Below are positions 1 to 12,682 of a stretch of DNA of 64,000 nt, in pieces. The stretch is from Phoronis australis (taxonomy: Eukaryota; Animalia; Phoronida), in the NCBI GenBank assembly GCA_002633005.1, contig NMRA01000331.1:62001-126000 (forward strand). Reading direction: 5' to 3'. Positions within the stretch are counted from its first letter, which is position 1; every line of letters begins with the position of its first letter. The notes below the pieces were generated by a model. That model ran no database searches, had not been told where the DNA came from, and worked only from the letters and a program-made list of their open reading frames with translations. A program made the translations under genes and the position numbers.

Positions 1-974
1 AATTGTTTTGTACCTCCCATCCCATACTTCGGTCAAAAACCTCGTCATATCACTGAAAGAGGACTGACATATCATTGGTTGTGCTTCTAGATATAGGATC
101 TTGTTAACATCACAGCGGCAACTAAAACATTCCGAGCTGGCAAATCTATGACATAAAGTGGAATTTCTGTTCCAAATCTATGGTAATCCCCTCAGAGATA
201 AATCACCGAGATTAGCTGTTCAATTGTCTCAGCGAGCCTCGGTATTTTCACCGACAAACCTAAGAAACCCCGTACGGATTGGAAATCGATTTTCAATTAC
301 AATATCTCGCTAATGCACATCTTTGGTTTACGGCTAAGCTAAAGTTGATTTAGTTTATAAATGACAGATAGTTGGAACATTCATAAATCTTGCGTCGGCA
401 ATACGGCAAACCCATAAATCAAATTTAGTCACTATCAATCAAAGTGTGTTAAATTTGTTATCTACTTAGTTTGTTAAGGTAACTTTGCGTCTTTGGCAGC
501 ACATATAGATAATCATTCCGTTAAATTTTAGTTAAAAATATTATAAGACGAAGTTAAACGCATCATTTTGAAGTAAGTGATGCGTTTTTCGAGAACTAAG
601 AACACCCAGTAAAATAGTTCATGCACTGTTTGCGTTGCTTCACTGATGACGGGATTGCAAAATAATGTGAATATCAAAATTGATCTCGTCGTAATTAAAC
701 GGCTAAAACTGGATCTATCGGTGTCCTTTGAAATCTTTGATAGTTAGCATAACGAGGTTTTAACATAATTACCTGATCTTGATAATCAGAAACGCGCATA
801 TCGTATGAAAAGAATGTCCAATCAGTTGTACAGTCTCAATCGTGAAAAGAACAGGAGTATTCATTATATTTGACGGCAGAGTTCAAGGTCTAAGATATTC
901 ATTCTCGGACACTTACACAAGCATAATACAGTGACAATATTCAGTGCTCGTTAAGGAGTTACAGTGACCATGAG

Positions 975-1700
975 TCCCGAGACCCGAGATCTATGTGTCC
1001 CATTTTGTGCATATCGGGGTTCTGTGTGTCCAGGCTTCTAAGTGTCCAGTTTTCTCTGCATCGGACGGGGTTCCATATGTCTCGGGTTCTGTGTGTCCCG
1101 ATGTGCTTGTCCCCCTGTAGAGAATGTTTAACATGCATGCATGTGAATGCCAGCATACGGGTGCGTTATTCTGTAGATTACCCGGATGCCTCATTCAAAT
1201 ACACGAAAGCCGGACAACTTCTCCGGGGGAACAATGATTACTTTCACAACGGGTTCTATGTGTCCCTGGTCAGCGTTCGACCAGCCAAAAAAATCATCAT
1301 AACATTCAATTTCTTACGAAACCTGCACATACCGCCTGTGGTTTGAATGTTATGTACGTTTTGGCTAAAAATGGCTGTTTTTGGGAAAATGTCACGTGAT
1401 CCTGACCTCGAATAATATCGTGTCAAAAGTGTCGAAAATTAATTGGGCGCCCTGGTGAGATTCTGTCAAGTGGTTCCAGAGATATGTCTGCGTGTAATTT
1501 ATGATATTAGGCCAAATTTTTACTTAATTATGCATGAAAATCAGGATTAATGAAGTCCATTTTTCCCTACATCGGGATTGAAAAAGCACTTCAAAATTTA
1601 CATGTGGGCTTAAAATTGCAACTGTAACTAAATCTTGCACATCTGTCCGCTTAGCGCCTGAAGTGTGACACGTAGAACCCGGGACACAAAGAACCAGTTA
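975..1700. mobile_element. MITE-like element with repeated subterminal GGGTTCT(A/G)TGTGTCCC motifs
   Basis: Motif at ~990, 1017, 1084 and 1251, with inverted copies (AGAACCCGGGACACAAAGAACC) at ~1674-1696. Confidence 0.5.
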
Positions 1701-2995
1701 CGCAATGCTGCTCTCCTTTATTAAGTTCTTCTAATATGCGACGATGCATTTCTGCGATTTGAAAACTTACGGTTCCATTGTGTTGGCAATTAGTTCTGAA
1801 AAATCTCAAGGAGTTGCGACTATTGGAAACGTGTTTTGACGTTACCTAATACAGAACCTTCAGTTGTTATCTCGAAAGACATTTTCCACTTTCATTACTG
1901 GTGAATTGCCGTGTATTTGCTGTCCGTTCAACAATAGAAAATGACGTAATTGGCTCAGTAAAAGACCCGCAATTTGATTCTTCGTTCACTGTCTTGAACG
2001 CAATTTGAAAGCAGTCTGTTTCCATTACATTATTCGGTCGTTTACGTCACTACAGTGGCATGAATAGTAAATAAGCGTCATGGCAACAAAAATTTACGCA
2101 AAAAGCGACTTTCCAAGATCACCAAGAATCTGAATTTTTAATAAATGCAACCTCAGAAATGGTTACTTTCTCTATCAAAAACAGCGTCCACTGCGAAATC
2201 ATTATAATACACGAAGACAACGTTTCTGGGTTCACTTTAATCACCAATACATGATAATGAAACCTTAAAGTTCAATTACGATCTCTCAAAGTCAATTGGT
2301 TTCATCAATTTTTAGCGAAGGAAGCAATAAAAACTCTCGACCTGCCCTTTTGAGTTCAATCAATCTGAATATAACCTGTTATCTTATGTTGACACTACAT
2401 CATATTAAATAAGTAACCTAGTCGTTAATATTGATAAAATCAATTATTGGCCACTGCTTTCTGCTGCACAACTCATTCGTGATTTTATGTTTGCAGGTTT
2501 ACATTAATCGCACCTGAGACAACTGCATAACGTCTTTGACAAACGGTGAATATTTTCCAGGTATGAAGTAACATTTGTAAGAGAACATTGTCGCTTGAAG
2601 TTGCAAACTGACAAAATTGTTGCCAAGAAGTCACAATCCATTTCGGCAGGAAAAGGACAAAGCCTAACAACGGATCGAGATACAACGGTCTGAAAGAGTA
2701 TTTGCTACTGGGGTACACGCAAAAGAAAAATAAAGAGGTATATAAGTAAAGGCATTTAGTATCTCAGGAGGCAAATTTGAAACAGACAGTACACTTTAAA
2801 AAGATTAAATCAACAGAAATGATTTTGTCATGAAATATCGAGAAGATTGGGCAGTTCACCAATCATTGTTTTCTTCTGTGGAACAGCCATCAATTTGTAC
2901 GAAATAACTCTATGCCTAGGACACCTGTGATGAAAAATGTCAATCGTTGCACAACGATTACGGCGTGTTCACAGCTGTGTGGCTGACAACAGAAT

Positions 2996-3126
2996 TTCAG
3001 GTGTACACAATTCGACTGGTAACAACGGAAGTTGCTTCAGGAGTATACACAATTCAACTGGTAACAACGGAAGTTGCTTCAGGAGTATACACAATTCAAC
3101 TAGTGACAACGGAAGTTGCTTCAAGT
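2996..3126. repeat. 42-bp tandem repeat x3
   Basis: Unit TACACAATTCAACTGGTAACAACGGAAGTTGCTTCAGGAGTA. Confidence 0.9.
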
Positions 3127-3743
3127 GATCAATGAAGTAGTTACTTTTCCGAAATCAAAACACAGCTAGTTGTCACGTGCTACACATTTTGTATTTTAGA
3201 TGGAGGAGTGGCAGTATTTAAAAAAGTAAGCTGACAAATTCGGTTACGAAACATCGACCCCTTGACTGATTAAGGTCGAGTATTCAAGAAGCTCCCAGAG
3301 ACTTGCTGCTCCGAGGAGTAAACACAGACAGGATTGATAGTTTGGGAGCAAAACTTTTAGTGGTGAACCTAATATTCACTCTGATCTTGTCATCATTCGC
3401 AAAGAGTACCATACAAGCACGAATATCAATAAGCCATATTTGCATCTCATTAGAAACGTCGGCTTGGTAACTTGGTTTAAACGGTTTATAGATATCTTAT
3501 AAATTATCTAACACGGCTGGCAAGCGTAATAAATGGTTTGCGAACCATTTACTCTCATTTAAATCCAGATGCAATTTATCAATATCTTGGTGTGTGTTAT
3601 TGTGAAACGGAGGTTACACCAAATACTTTCAGTAGGCATATGTGCGTAAAGATAAAAGTGCTCAGTCAAGCGTTGAAGACACTTTTCTCACAGGGGTACG
3701 GAAACGAGGTTTCTTACACCATAACAGATGAATGACAGGATAA

Positions 3744-3903
3744 CATGGGCGGCGCAGCACTGAAAAAAGTAGGGGTTAAAGCCCCCTCGCCCCCCCCCCC
3801 CTGTGGTGCACCGTCNGTGCACCGTCTATAGACCATGTACGGCCTAGCACTGAAAAAAGTGGGGGGCTGTAGCCCCCCAGCCCCCTATGGTGGGCCACCC
3901 ATG
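3744..3903 (+). mobile_element. Dimer of ~68-bp mini inverted-repeat elements
   Basis: CATGGGCGGCGCA...CACCCATG termini; flanks GATAA / GATCA; contains an assembly N at 3816. Confidence 0.6.
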
Positions 3904-4369
3904 GATCATGTTATACGAAGTGTGCCTATTTTTATGAACCTTCGATTGATGTTCTAAAGTAGTGAAAACAAAGTAAATTCTATATTAAACACACAAGAGA
4001 GTCACTCCGTTATTCAAAACAAGACAGAAAAGGTTAACACACTATGTCGACACATGGCGTCATTTTTCGTCAAAAAAGCCGCGCGTCTATAGTTGGACCT
4101 TCGAGGGAAAGTGTCGCCCCTATATTATGCTCGTAAACTACACTCTCAGACACTGCTTATGAGCGTGTTTTACGAGGGTCAAATACATGTACACATAGGT
4201 TATCCCACATACATTGGAATACTACTGCCATGTCCTATCTCGAATTCATTTCATCTGGGAATGTCCCAACTGGACCGAAACCTTGATCCCATATATTTGG
4301 ACTTATTTGCATCACCGTGGCAATACCTTGTTGCCGTGTGATTGGGCTTGTTGTTATATGACGTCATAT

Positions 4370-5133
4370 GTATTCCAACCCGAGTCTCAAAAGTTTCGAG
4401 TCGCCGACTTTACCACTACACCACTCAGCGGCTGACGTCATCAAACGTGAAAATAGAATACTTAAATGAGCACGCGCAACAATCGCACGTTCAGCAAAAG
4501 GCAATGTACCGACATTTATACGCTATGAAAAATAAGACGCATTATTTCCAAAACACGATATTTTAATTCAGTGAAATTTTTCTCTCGTGTTCTCTAACTT
4601 GTAAATCACCCATCTCCAATTTGAATGCGGGTATCGTGTCGTCGGGATCCTTTGACTTGAGCATCATACTCACTTACAGTGTACTAGTGGTAACCTACTT
4701 TAGCAGGCGATATTTTCACGTTCGAAGCTTAGCATAATAAAATGTGTAGTAAGCTATAAAAGTTGCAAAGCCTTAATTTATAGTTTCACTTTATTTCTAT
4801 TTTGTTAAATTTTCAATTGGTTTTGAGTAAAAGCATTATTTGACAAAATAGCTCGGCTTTTTTTAAAAGGTCACGACCTCCGAACGGGGGCCTAGTTACA
4901 AAGCAGAGGCGAGTCGAGAAAGGTAGATCGATTCATTGTAATGTTTCTCGTTAAGTATGTGGTAAAAATAGATTATTACATGTTCTCAGTCGTTATCCCC
5001 CTTATTCTAGAGCCCTCGTGGATTTTTGAGATTTATCAACCCCGGGGCTAACGCCCCTCTGGCGATAATTCTTCAAAATCCACTCGGGCTCTAGAATACG
5101 AGGGAAAATGATTTCGCCTTTTAATATAATCTA
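4370..5133 (+). mobile_element. Interspersed repeat ending in a ~165-bp imperfect palindrome (Crypton-like non-autonomous element, tentative)
   Basis: Reverse-complement homolog at 34209-34950. Palindrome 4969-5133: TAGATTAT...CTAGAGCCCTCGTGGATTTT / AAAATCCACTCGGGCTCTAG...ATAATCTA. Confidence 0.7.
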
Positions 5134-5746
5134 TAGTTATCCCATACGCGTTGAATCTGTCGACGGACATACGGTCATGTAATAAAGTTTTCCGTATTCT
5201 CCTCCCGCATTACTTTAACAGCGACTTCTGACATGGAAAGTTCAAAAGGTAGGTCAATGTCGACTCGACGTCTTCAGCCGGTTCGATCATAATATTTTCC
5301 GAATATAGTTTAAAGTAATACAGTTGCAACAGTGTAACTAACACTTGACATGAAACCAGGCCCTAAACGTAAAGTCTGGAACAAAACTGTTAAATGAGAC
5401 ACTTTCTCTCAGTTGTCAGTCTTCAATTGTTGAATACTATATCGTCTGCAACTCAGGCGTCGATTCCTAGGAAATTAAAATATTAAAAATTGTTGGTTTT
5501 TAACTATTTCCAGGAGATGTTACAAGTTCACTGCTCAGTTGCCGTTGTTTTCATCTTTGCTACCTCATTTCAAGACATAAATCGTTGATTTTAAAACTGT
5601 TTCTTTTTCAAGAGAAAACTTGCAACCTAACGCGCAAGTACATACATATAGGATGTGATCCGCCATGTGAACAGTCTTGGTGAAGTATTTGAAAAATGTG
5701 CCGAAAAATGTAAAAAACTTAAGGATTCGAAACACATGGGATAAAT

Positions 5747-5893
5747 ACAAAACGTACCTCTATTGGCGTACATGAAGTAATATCCCACTCGACCTTATTC
5801 CGCGTATCGACCTCGACCTTCGCTCTCGGTCGATACGCGGAATAATGTCTCATGGGATTTTACTTCCTGTACGCAACTTTCGATACGTTTTGT
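5747..5893. repeat. ~147-bp imperfect palindrome (end of another palindrome-terminated element, ~5137-5893)
   Basis: Perfect 18-bp arms TTATTCCGCGTATCGACC (5795-5812) / GGTCGATACGCGGAATAA (5828-5845); outer arms ACAAAACGTA / TACGTTTTGT. Confidence 0.8.
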
Positions 5894-6136
5894 GTATATA
5901 TGAATTATGTTCTGAAATCCAACAAAGGAAATCAACGTAAAAAATATGGCGCACTTTCAACATAGACGTCACACTTCACATCTGACGCAAACAAGTCAAG
6001 ACATTTTTGAAATTCATCCTGGTACGGGAATTGGGGATAGTTAGGTATATAAAAGATCTTAATCCCAGCCGCAGAGGGTATAAAACCGCGCACCGTACCA
6101 GTGACTGCTGGCAACTCATCGGAGACACAACTTTAA

Positions 6137-7451
6137 AGGCGAAGGAAACCTTTTTTCATGTCACTTTTAGCAAAAATAAGGTTCGTTGATTATCCCAGAC
6201 ACATTTGTCACTTAATTACAGCTTTGAATAATTTCTCGTCCTCTACTCCGGAAGTGACGTTTTGGGAGGCAACAGTTTCGCGCCAATTTCTTTTCATTAT
6301 AGTCTGACTGTGAGAGCTGTCAAGTCAGTCATTGTTCTACCTCAGTTGTGATAAGTTCGGTCATCGTTTGCTTTTCTTAACAAGTCAGTCAACATGCCAC
6401 GCTGTTGCTGCGTGCCGGGATGTTCTCATTATCGTCTCACACGCGCTTTGGGTACCTTACGTCGCTTTCCAAAGGATGACACACTTCGCCGAACTTGGCT
6501 AGCTCGTTCATGTAAAGAACGCAGCGCTACCCGTCCACGCAATGTACAAAGCAGTGGAGGCTTACCGAGTGCGTGGCAAGCATTTTCTGCAGTCAGATTA
6601 TGGCAGAGATGTGAACGCTGAATTTATGAAGGTCCCTGCGAAACAACGTCTGAAGAAGGGTACGATACCGTCGCTGTTGATTCCCGGCAGTGCCCCGTCG
6701 CCAACCCCGAGAAGTGCGTTTTTGAAGCGAGAAGCCTCGCGATCTGTGGCCACTATATACAGTGACTGAAGGCACTTCATCTACTTTCACCCGTGCCTCC
6801 GAACGCACCCCATTGCGTGCAATTGCGGGAACTAGCAGTGATTCGCCCTGTGTTGTTGTCTCTAGCTCCGGCAGAGCCTGTAAGCAGCCCTGCAGCGATG
6901 GTGAGTAGTGGGAGTGAATACAGACCCAGTTCGACACCCAGTGAAGAGGACAGTTCGTCATCCAATGAACAGATCGGTGAGCCGAAGTTTGATAAGTTTA
7001 TTGTGGACTTTTGTATTGGAGCTATTTGGAAGGTGCCAGGTGTTTGACGAAGGAGTCACACGGCGGGATGTAAGCAGTTTGGGTGCTCAGATCACCCTCC
7101 AGTGGGAGTGTGTCGTGGGACACTCGGGCAAGTGGGACAGTTCTTCCTCTGTGCGTGAGACGATAATGAGTACACCCCAGTACGCAGCAACAGCGTGGCA
7201 TGTTGACTGACTCGTAAGCAAAAGCAAACGACGACCGAACTTATCACAACCGAGGTAAAACTGCTCTCACAGTCAGACTATATGAAAAGAAATTGGCGCG
7301 AAATTCTTGCCTCCCAAAACGTCACTTCCGGAGTAGATGACGAGTAATTAATTAAATTACGAAAAGCAGTAAATAAGTGAAAAATATGTCTGGGATAATC
7401 AACGAACCTTATTTTTGCTAAAAATGACATGAAAAAGGGTTGCCTTCGCCT
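6137..7451 (+). mobile_element. Non-autonomous Kolobok-type DNA transposon with ~300-bp terminal inverted repeats and TTAA TSD
   Basis: TTAA (6133-6136) AGGCGAAGG...CCTTCGCCT TTAA (7452-7455). Arms 6137-~6443 and ~7151-7451 are clear reverse complements. Contains a THAP-transposase relic. Confidence 0.85.
6394..7150 (+). pseudogene. Frameshifted THAP-domain transposase N-terminus (Kolobok-like)
   Basis: MPRCCCVPGC...RFPKD...W, a frameshift, then RVRGKHF...RLKKGTIPSL (THAP C2CH with one Cys lost). Further on, KFIV / LELFGRCQV...LQWECVVGHSGKWDSS resembles the region N-terminal to the Kolobok DDE domain; truncated at the right arm. Confidence 0.75.
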
Positions 7452-9057
7452 TTAACATCCTTCGCCGCAGAGATAACAACTCTTGGGCTGTCTACGGTGA
7501 GTCCATTCATTCTTGAATGATGGTTAGGTAAATTAGATCTCGATTCGCAAAAGTATAATAACCACTGGTACAAACACGTACGTTGTATAACCTATATTTA
7601 TAAATAAGTGGGTGAGGAACGCTCGTGAATTACGAGCGAATTTCACAGCGTGTACGAGCGTAACTCGCGAGCGTAATTTATGACGTCGAAACTCTCACTG
7701 GTTACAGAAACCGAGCAAGACTGAGTAAAGGTTTTATAATGAGTGCCCAGAGACATGTTTTTAATATGCGTAAACGACTTTCAACCAATATCTTTGCTAC
7801 ATAGCAAAATGTATTTTTATAAAAACCACTTTCCGTTTATAGACACGACGACAATTCACAATTCCACTCAGGCCATAGGCTAATAATAGTACAATGTACC
7901 TGTAGTCGGTAAACCAACCCTATTTAAGGGTTGGAAGTCCGCACGGAGAAAGAGTAGAATCAAGTGCCATACACATCACACTCGAATTGCAAGTCAAACA
8001 TTAACCTGCACGCGTCGAAATTGCTATCGCATGAACCCATTTATCGTATGAAAAATACAGCGAATATAACACTGCATGGAAAACCAAGTCTTTCGAAAGA
8101 ACTTCCTCACTCGAAGATTCGACCTTTTACTTTTCGCTGGTAGGACTCTGCCATTTGCTTTTTTAACCTACCGGTTAACGCATGAACTAAAGCATTGAAT
8201 GGTGTCATTGGCTGGCATTCAGGTCACTACATGACGTCATTAGGTAAAAAACTAAGAGAAGAGGGCGAAATATAAGCGGTAAGACCGTTTGCATTTTTCT
8301 AAACGTGTCAAGGGAATTTCATTTGGTTAGTATTTACTAAAACACACTGAACAAGAAATTTCCTCTCATTCTTTAGGTTTATATCCATTTCACCAAGGGG
8401 TGAAAAGCCCCGAGGTGGACCTTCAGCTCTGTAAGAGCTAAGTATTGTGTACATTAATTATCCATTATTTACATGTGAAAACTGGTGGAAATAATCACAC
8501 TATTTTTTCAAGCAAATTTCTACCAGGAACAATTTTAGCATTGTGAGAAAAATTTGCTGGGATTCTGTGTTCTATCAAATTTCGCAGGACTTATTTAGGG
8601 AAAACTGAAATATTCATGAGCAGAGTTTTACTCAATTAAATTCTAAGCCAGACTGCTATGAACCAGTGGTACTATTGTATGCACTGGCACTTATTGATTC
8701 AATGACAGACTGTTGTCATCTGTCTCACAGATGTCTGACAAAGCCTGTCGATCAGCTCTACAGAACTTGCTAGTGCTCTTGATTGCCTGGGGCACAACAG
8801 ATTATTGTGAAAAAATTCTTGTAAAAAACAGCTCCGAAATTTCACTAATTTTGAAATACATGGGAAAGCTTCCCTGGCGCTCGGCCATCCACTTTCGTCC
8901 CTTCGTGTTCGTCAATCATGAGCGTAATGTACGACAGTACAGAAGAAGTGTACCACGACTTTTTCAGTGCAAAGTTACCACAGGGGCACCTTGAGTCAGG
9001 TCTCTAGGTCTTCAGTTCGGTATATTAAAAAGCATAAAATGATTTCAGTTGATCTCT

Positions 9058-9783
9058 GCAACGGGCCCACATGAGCGGCCTGCGTACGTCTGGTATAACG
9101 TGTAAATGAAAAATGAAAATACGTTGAGGACCTTTGAAGATACAGAGGTAAACATAAAAAACCTAAAATTGCCACTAGGTGGCACAACGGTAGTCAGGTC
9201 GACCCGAAATTCGTCGTCGTCCGTTGTCAACATCATATAAACACATTTACTAAATTTAGTAAAGATCCTGCAAACGGTTTAAGAGATACAGCCCTGATAG
9301 CAAGCGCCACTGAAGTCCAAGACGTCGGAAAATCATCATGAGCCGTCCTCCTCATAGTAAGAACATACGTGCCAATTTTCACAATAAGCCTTAGAGCGGT
9401 TTGGTTCATAGAGGGGTGGACGCCAAAAAAACAGACTCGAAAACAGTAAAAATGGCCACTAGGTGTCGAATCCATCCGAAAATGGGAGGATAGTGTTATC
9501 TCACTAGTAGATGCCTATATGTCAAATTTCATGAAAATCCGTTGAGGACCTTTGAAGATACAGAGGTAAACGTAAAAAAAAAATAAAATTGCCACTAGGG
9601 GACACACCGGTAGTCGTATCAGTCCGAAAGTTCGCTCATGCCGTCCCATCCATAAAAGGAACACGAGCAAAATTTCATGAACATACGTCAAAGCGTTTTG
9701 GAGATAGACCAGAGGACGCCGGACGGACGACGGACGTCGGAGGGACGGGGACGACGGCATATAAATATGTGGGCGCATAAAAA
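9058..9783 (+). mobile_element. Helentron/DINE-1-like non-autonomous element with internal tandem units
   Basis: Internal repeat (9123 vs 9541, ~420 bp apart), 3' GGAC microsatellite and ...GCATAAAAA end. Homologous to 47865-48650 and weakly to 15480-16080. Confidence 0.6.
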
Positions 9784-9989
9784 TCTAGTTAGTATCACAA
9801 TAATTAGGTATCATCGTAGCTGATAAAAGCATTCGGCATTCGAAGAAATGAACGCGACTGGGCTTCGACAGTCCGGGCGGGTAAAAACTTCGGTTAGATT
9901 TACAGTTCCAGACACATATTACTTGAGACTAAAGTGGTTACAAAATTAAATCTTGATTCAATAAAAGGCTGTAATGATCACTCCCGAAA

Positions 9990-10436
9990 TCAGGACTGCC
10001 TGCAGAGTGAGTAGGCTCGGACTCGGCTCCACAGGCCGAAGACGCCGGTGCGGGAGGGTTGAGTTCGCAGGGCCTTAATTAAACACACAATCTGCCGACA
10101 CGGTAGAGCCTCACTCATTACCTGTATCATCTTTGGCCTGAGTGTCGTTTTCGCCTCCATCTCCATGCCTGTTTTCATAATAATCGTCAAGCTCGCTCTC
10201 TAAGTATTAGTAACATACCAAATCACTACTATCCGTTATTGCATTATGTGTTGCCAACTGATCAACGTCTGCCACTGATGACATCACGTGGAAGGAAACC
10301 AATTGTTTTTCTTTTACATTCCATATTCCTCAATTATTTTCCAAAATAAGTGCTTGTTTAGCTAGATTTTGTGTTATTAAATTATTAAACAAGGTCTAAA
10401 ACCTCAAAAAGTGTAAACATCCATTGTAGAAAGGCT
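9990..10436 (+). mobile_element. Right-end fragment of a Kolobok element related to 25828-26907
   Basis: TGCTTGTTTAGCTAGATTTTGTGTTATT...CCTCAAAAA...CT TTAA (10437-10440) aligns to 26820-26911. Minus-strand ELDDYYENR matches ELDNYYADR at ~26650. Confidence 0.55.
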
Positions 10437-10771
10437 TTAAATCACTTTGCAATAAGTCAGGTAGTATACCACATTAATTGTAATGATTGTAAACAATTTT
10501 ACACTGGCATGACTACTAAAATTGTGAGTTATAGAGTAAAATAACATTCTGTCCTAAATCATTCATTAGAGGCTGGTTATAATATTGCTTGTGCTGGTGT
10601 CTAAAGGAGGCCCCTCACATGCTGAGCGTTACCTAAACATGAACATTGGGAGTTACAGTCTCAAGCTGTAGTGATTGGTGCGGTCCTGTTCCCATCATAT
10701 TTCTCCCACTATGTACAGCCAAGGTCGCGATACTGTCCGATTTTGTCAGGATAGGATGGAATACCGTATTG

Positions 10772-11100
10772 TTCACTGAGTCATCGGATCCACTGGTCGA
10801 ACACAGAAATCCGATTAGACTAAGCAGTGGGCAACCCGCCCATAAACTCATGAGTGTACATGTATATAAATATGTAAATCGTGAACAGGCGCATACATTT
10901 TAAGTCTGGTCTGCCAGCCACATCACGACCTAACGAAAGTCTGAAAAGATCTCTGCCCCGACCGGGACTCGAACCCCGAACCTGCTGCTAACCGTGCAGA
11001 TACTCTAGTCCACTGAGCCATCAGGACAATTGATCGAATACAGAAACCCAATCAGACTTAGCAGTGGGCTTCCCTCCCATAAACTCATCGTGAGTCTATA
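10772..11100 (-). repeat. ~237-bp tandem unit (about 1.4 copies) containing the tRNA-like sequence
   Basis: CACTGAG.CATC...TCGAA.ACAGAAA...GACT.AGCAGTGGG...CCCATAAACTCAT occurs at 10774 and 11011. Confidence 0.7.
10954..11027 (-). pseudogene. tRNA-like sequence (repeat-embedded, non-canonical anticodon loop ACGGTTA)
   Basis: Folds as GTCCTGA/TCGGGGC acceptor, GCTC/GAGT D-stem, CTGC/GCAG anticodon stem, GGTTCGAGTCC B box. TTTT lies a few nt downstream. Sits within a ~237-bp tandem unit. Confidence 0.6.
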
Positions 11101-11769
11101 TGATATGACGTATCAAGCTGATGATAAATGGGCATCATTCATAGCATCATTCATGGAAAACCACTTATAATCATTTATCATTTCCTGGTGATATGACATC
11201 AAGATTGATGAAAAACCTTGCATGGAAATTTATATTCACAGTTAATAAGAATTCGTATCAACCTTTTATATAGCACCATGCCATTCACATGAATTCAAAG
11301 ACATGATTGATACGGATTCATAATGCGAACCTTTTATGGTAAATTATGGCCAGTCAAAAGTGCCTGTGTATCTGTTACAGTATTCTCAAGCTTTCCGATC
11401 AGAAGGCTGATTCCCTGTCACACGTAAGTCACATGAGAACGCACGTCAGACATCTATCTGATTTATATTCTTATCAACCTATATCTGCCTTTTTGCCGTG
11501 TGAGGCTAATTCATAGTTCGGTGATCGGAAGAGATTCAGCAGAATAATAGAATTTAGTAAATAAATCTTATCCTAATTACTTGTAAGACGGTTGACGAAC
11601 TATCTTCCTTCAGTGACATTAAAATACATGTAAGACCAAGCAAGTTTGAATACACCTAAACTGACGCCCGTGAGTGAGCTTCACTCCGGACACACAATAA
11701 TCTTGGAAATCTCGCTTTGTTGAAGAATAGCTTCTCTTTACAAGATGAAAGCGCTCCGAGGAGCGAAAC

Positions 11770-12084
11770 TTGGCGAAATTAACCAAAAAGATGACGATAA
11801 AGATGATGACGAAGATGACGAATATGACGACGACGGTGGCGAGGATGAACAAAAGAAGTAATAATAATATACACATGACGAATGTAGAAGTCCGAAATCA
11901 GTAAGAAAAAGGCTACAGTCTTGAGCGACACTTGGCGAAATTAACGGAAAAGACAACGACGGAGATGATGACGAAGATGATGACGATGATGACGAATATG
12001 ATGATGGTGGTGGCGATGATGAACAACATCACAACATTCATATGACGAATGATATCACAAATCAATAAGAAATAGGCTACAGTC
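11770..12084. repeat. Diverged ~160-bp tandem duplication built on a (GAT/GAC)n microsatellite
   Basis: CTTGGCGAAATTAAC...GGCTACAGTCT at 11770 and 11931. Confidence 0.8.
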
Positions 12085-12682
12085 TAGTTCAATAGAAGAT
12101 AAACCAACATCAATGCAGCAAGAGCGCTCAACAAAGGAACAGCGTTATCAGAAAATCTCAAATAACTCGAAAAGTAAAGGAAAACATTTTCTGAAAGCCC
12201 GTTCAAAATTCTATCTAGACTAGTGGTATCGCCTAATTCTGTAAATTTTTCGAAAAAAAATGAAATTTTACGTTTTTTTAAGAATGCAAAGTCAAATAAC
12301 TCGAAAACGGTAAGTCTGAGAAAAAATTGCCATTTGAAAGAATATGCTTCAAAGAATCCACATGCAAAAATTCACGTCATTTTCTTCTCCCGTTTAAATG
12401 GCACCTAAGTACGACTGAAAATGGATCAACATGCGCAAGATCCGCCATCTTGAAAGCAACTTCCGGTTTTTTTGGGCTGATATAATAACATGTCATAAAA
12501 AACTGATATCCGTAAAACTTCGAAGGAATTGGCCTTATAATGCGCTCTCAACAGGAGAAAATGTTATTAGGCCAAAATCGAGGTGCGCATGCGCGATCAC
12601 CGATATTTCCGCCATCTTTGAACGAAAGTAAACAATTTCCGGTATACATGTAGTGCACATCACAACGGGGCTGGCAGCTACT

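Noticed and set aside
3806-3826. GTGCACCGTC direct repeat around an N (also the N at 22143 in a C-run)
   Set aside because: Most likely assembly join artefacts next to homopolymers.
10275-10300. CTGATGA...GAAAC hammerhead-like string
   Set aside because: No pairing for stems II and III; it lies within a Kolobok end.
11619-11956. Hydrophobic and poly-Ser ORFs resembling membrane proteins
   Set aside because: They are translations of a GAT/GAC microsatellite duplication.
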